Of a stretch of 64,000 bases of DNA, positions 63,170 through 64,000 are shown in pieces. Below the pieces are notes generated by a model. The model did not search any database. It had not been told where the DNA came from and worked only from the letters and a program-made list of their open reading frames with translations. Numbering within the stretch: position 1 is the first letter of the stretch; every line of letters begins with the position of its first letter. The DNA comes from Octopus sinensis (lineage: Eukaryota): assembly GCF_006345805.1 (NCBI RefSeq), contig NC_043014.1:2294001-2358000 (forward strand), given 5' to 3'. Both the position numbers and the translations under genes were made by a program.

Positions 63170-64000
63170 ACTACAGTCAACAAAAAATAATGAGGGAACT
63201 AAAATCCATATTAAACCCATACAAAGCAGGGCTAACCGACAAAGAATATGATTATATGACCAATTTCACAAGTAAAACTAGCCAATTCTACGGTATACCT
63301 AAGATCCACAAAAGTGAAAAAATAAGCAACGCATGCAAGATAGCTACAGACAAAATAATAAAGTCCCTAATCCTAATGACCTCAAATTGAGACCCATAAT
63401 AGCAGGTCCCGCATGCGAAACCCACCGCCTCAGTAACTTTTTAGACACCCTGTTAAAACCACTCCTCAAACATGTCAAAAGCTATATAAGGGACGACTTA
63501 GATATGCTCAATCACCTACCGAATACTATAAACAAAAAACACCATACTGGTATCCTTCGATGTAGTCAACCTCTACTCCAATATCCCCCACAACCTAGGA
63601 CTAGAGGCAATCCAATTCTGGCTAGAGAATCACGCCAACGAACTACCACACCGCATCAAAAAAGAATTTGTGATAGAAGGGGTTAAATTCATCCTGGAAA
63701 ATAACTTCTTCGCCTCAATGACAACTTCTACCGACAAAAATCGGGGACTGCGATGGGTACACGAATGCCCCCTCCTTTGCCAACCTATTCATAGGATACC
63801 TAGAGATCAGTCTGTATCGTAAGGTTCTAGAAAGATATGGCAGCCCTTTCTCCATCTACATAGAAAACAACTGGAAGAGATATCTAGATGACTGTTTCAT
63901 CCTTTGGCATAAAAAATATAGAAAAACTCATAGAATTCCAGAAAATTTTAAACGGACTGGACGTAAACATCCAATTCACGATGGAATATAGCCAACAACA
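63170..64000 (+). mobile_element. Penelope-like element reverse transcriptase (frameshifted), runs off window end
   Basis: FYGIPKIHK, LRPIIAG, SYIRD..D, FDVVNLYSNIP, RQ.SGTAMG, WKRYLDDCF, NIQFTME. Confidence 0.92.

Overview
AT-rich, microsatellite-dense metazoan DNA. The SINE/LINE families look like those of octopod cephalopods (inference from recognition, not a search). Almost all ORF-track entries are microsatellite read-throughs. Host-gene signal: (1) a minus-strand SLC22/MFS organic-cation-transporter-like gene with four splice-compatible exons (22236-22008, 16953-16761, 16097-15864, 14898-14764) and damaged or unresolved downstream exons; (2) plus-strand exons of a single-pass membrane protein (Ser/Thr/Pro stalk 31775-31888, TM 33342-33455, 22-nt micro-exon 33744-33765); (3) a signal-peptide start exon at 49526-49580. 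The rest is transposon remnants: Penelope RT and GIY-YIG, RTE, CR1/L2, Tx1, R4/Dong-, CRE- and HERO-like LINEs, a solo LTR, Tc1, mariner, hAT/piggyBac/Merlin-like MITEs, Helitrons and three SINE families. The most striking unannotated layer is RNA structure. At least six well-formed minimal type-I hammerhead ribozymes fold by hand, five of them in the first 3.1 kb. They include one in a 401-bp tandem repeat, a back-to-back inverted pair, and a U3-A8 core variant in a rod-like hairpin; several decayed copies also occur. There are several long foldback palindromes, including a perfect 136-bp-arm hairpin. One 100-N assembly gap lies at 25911-26010.
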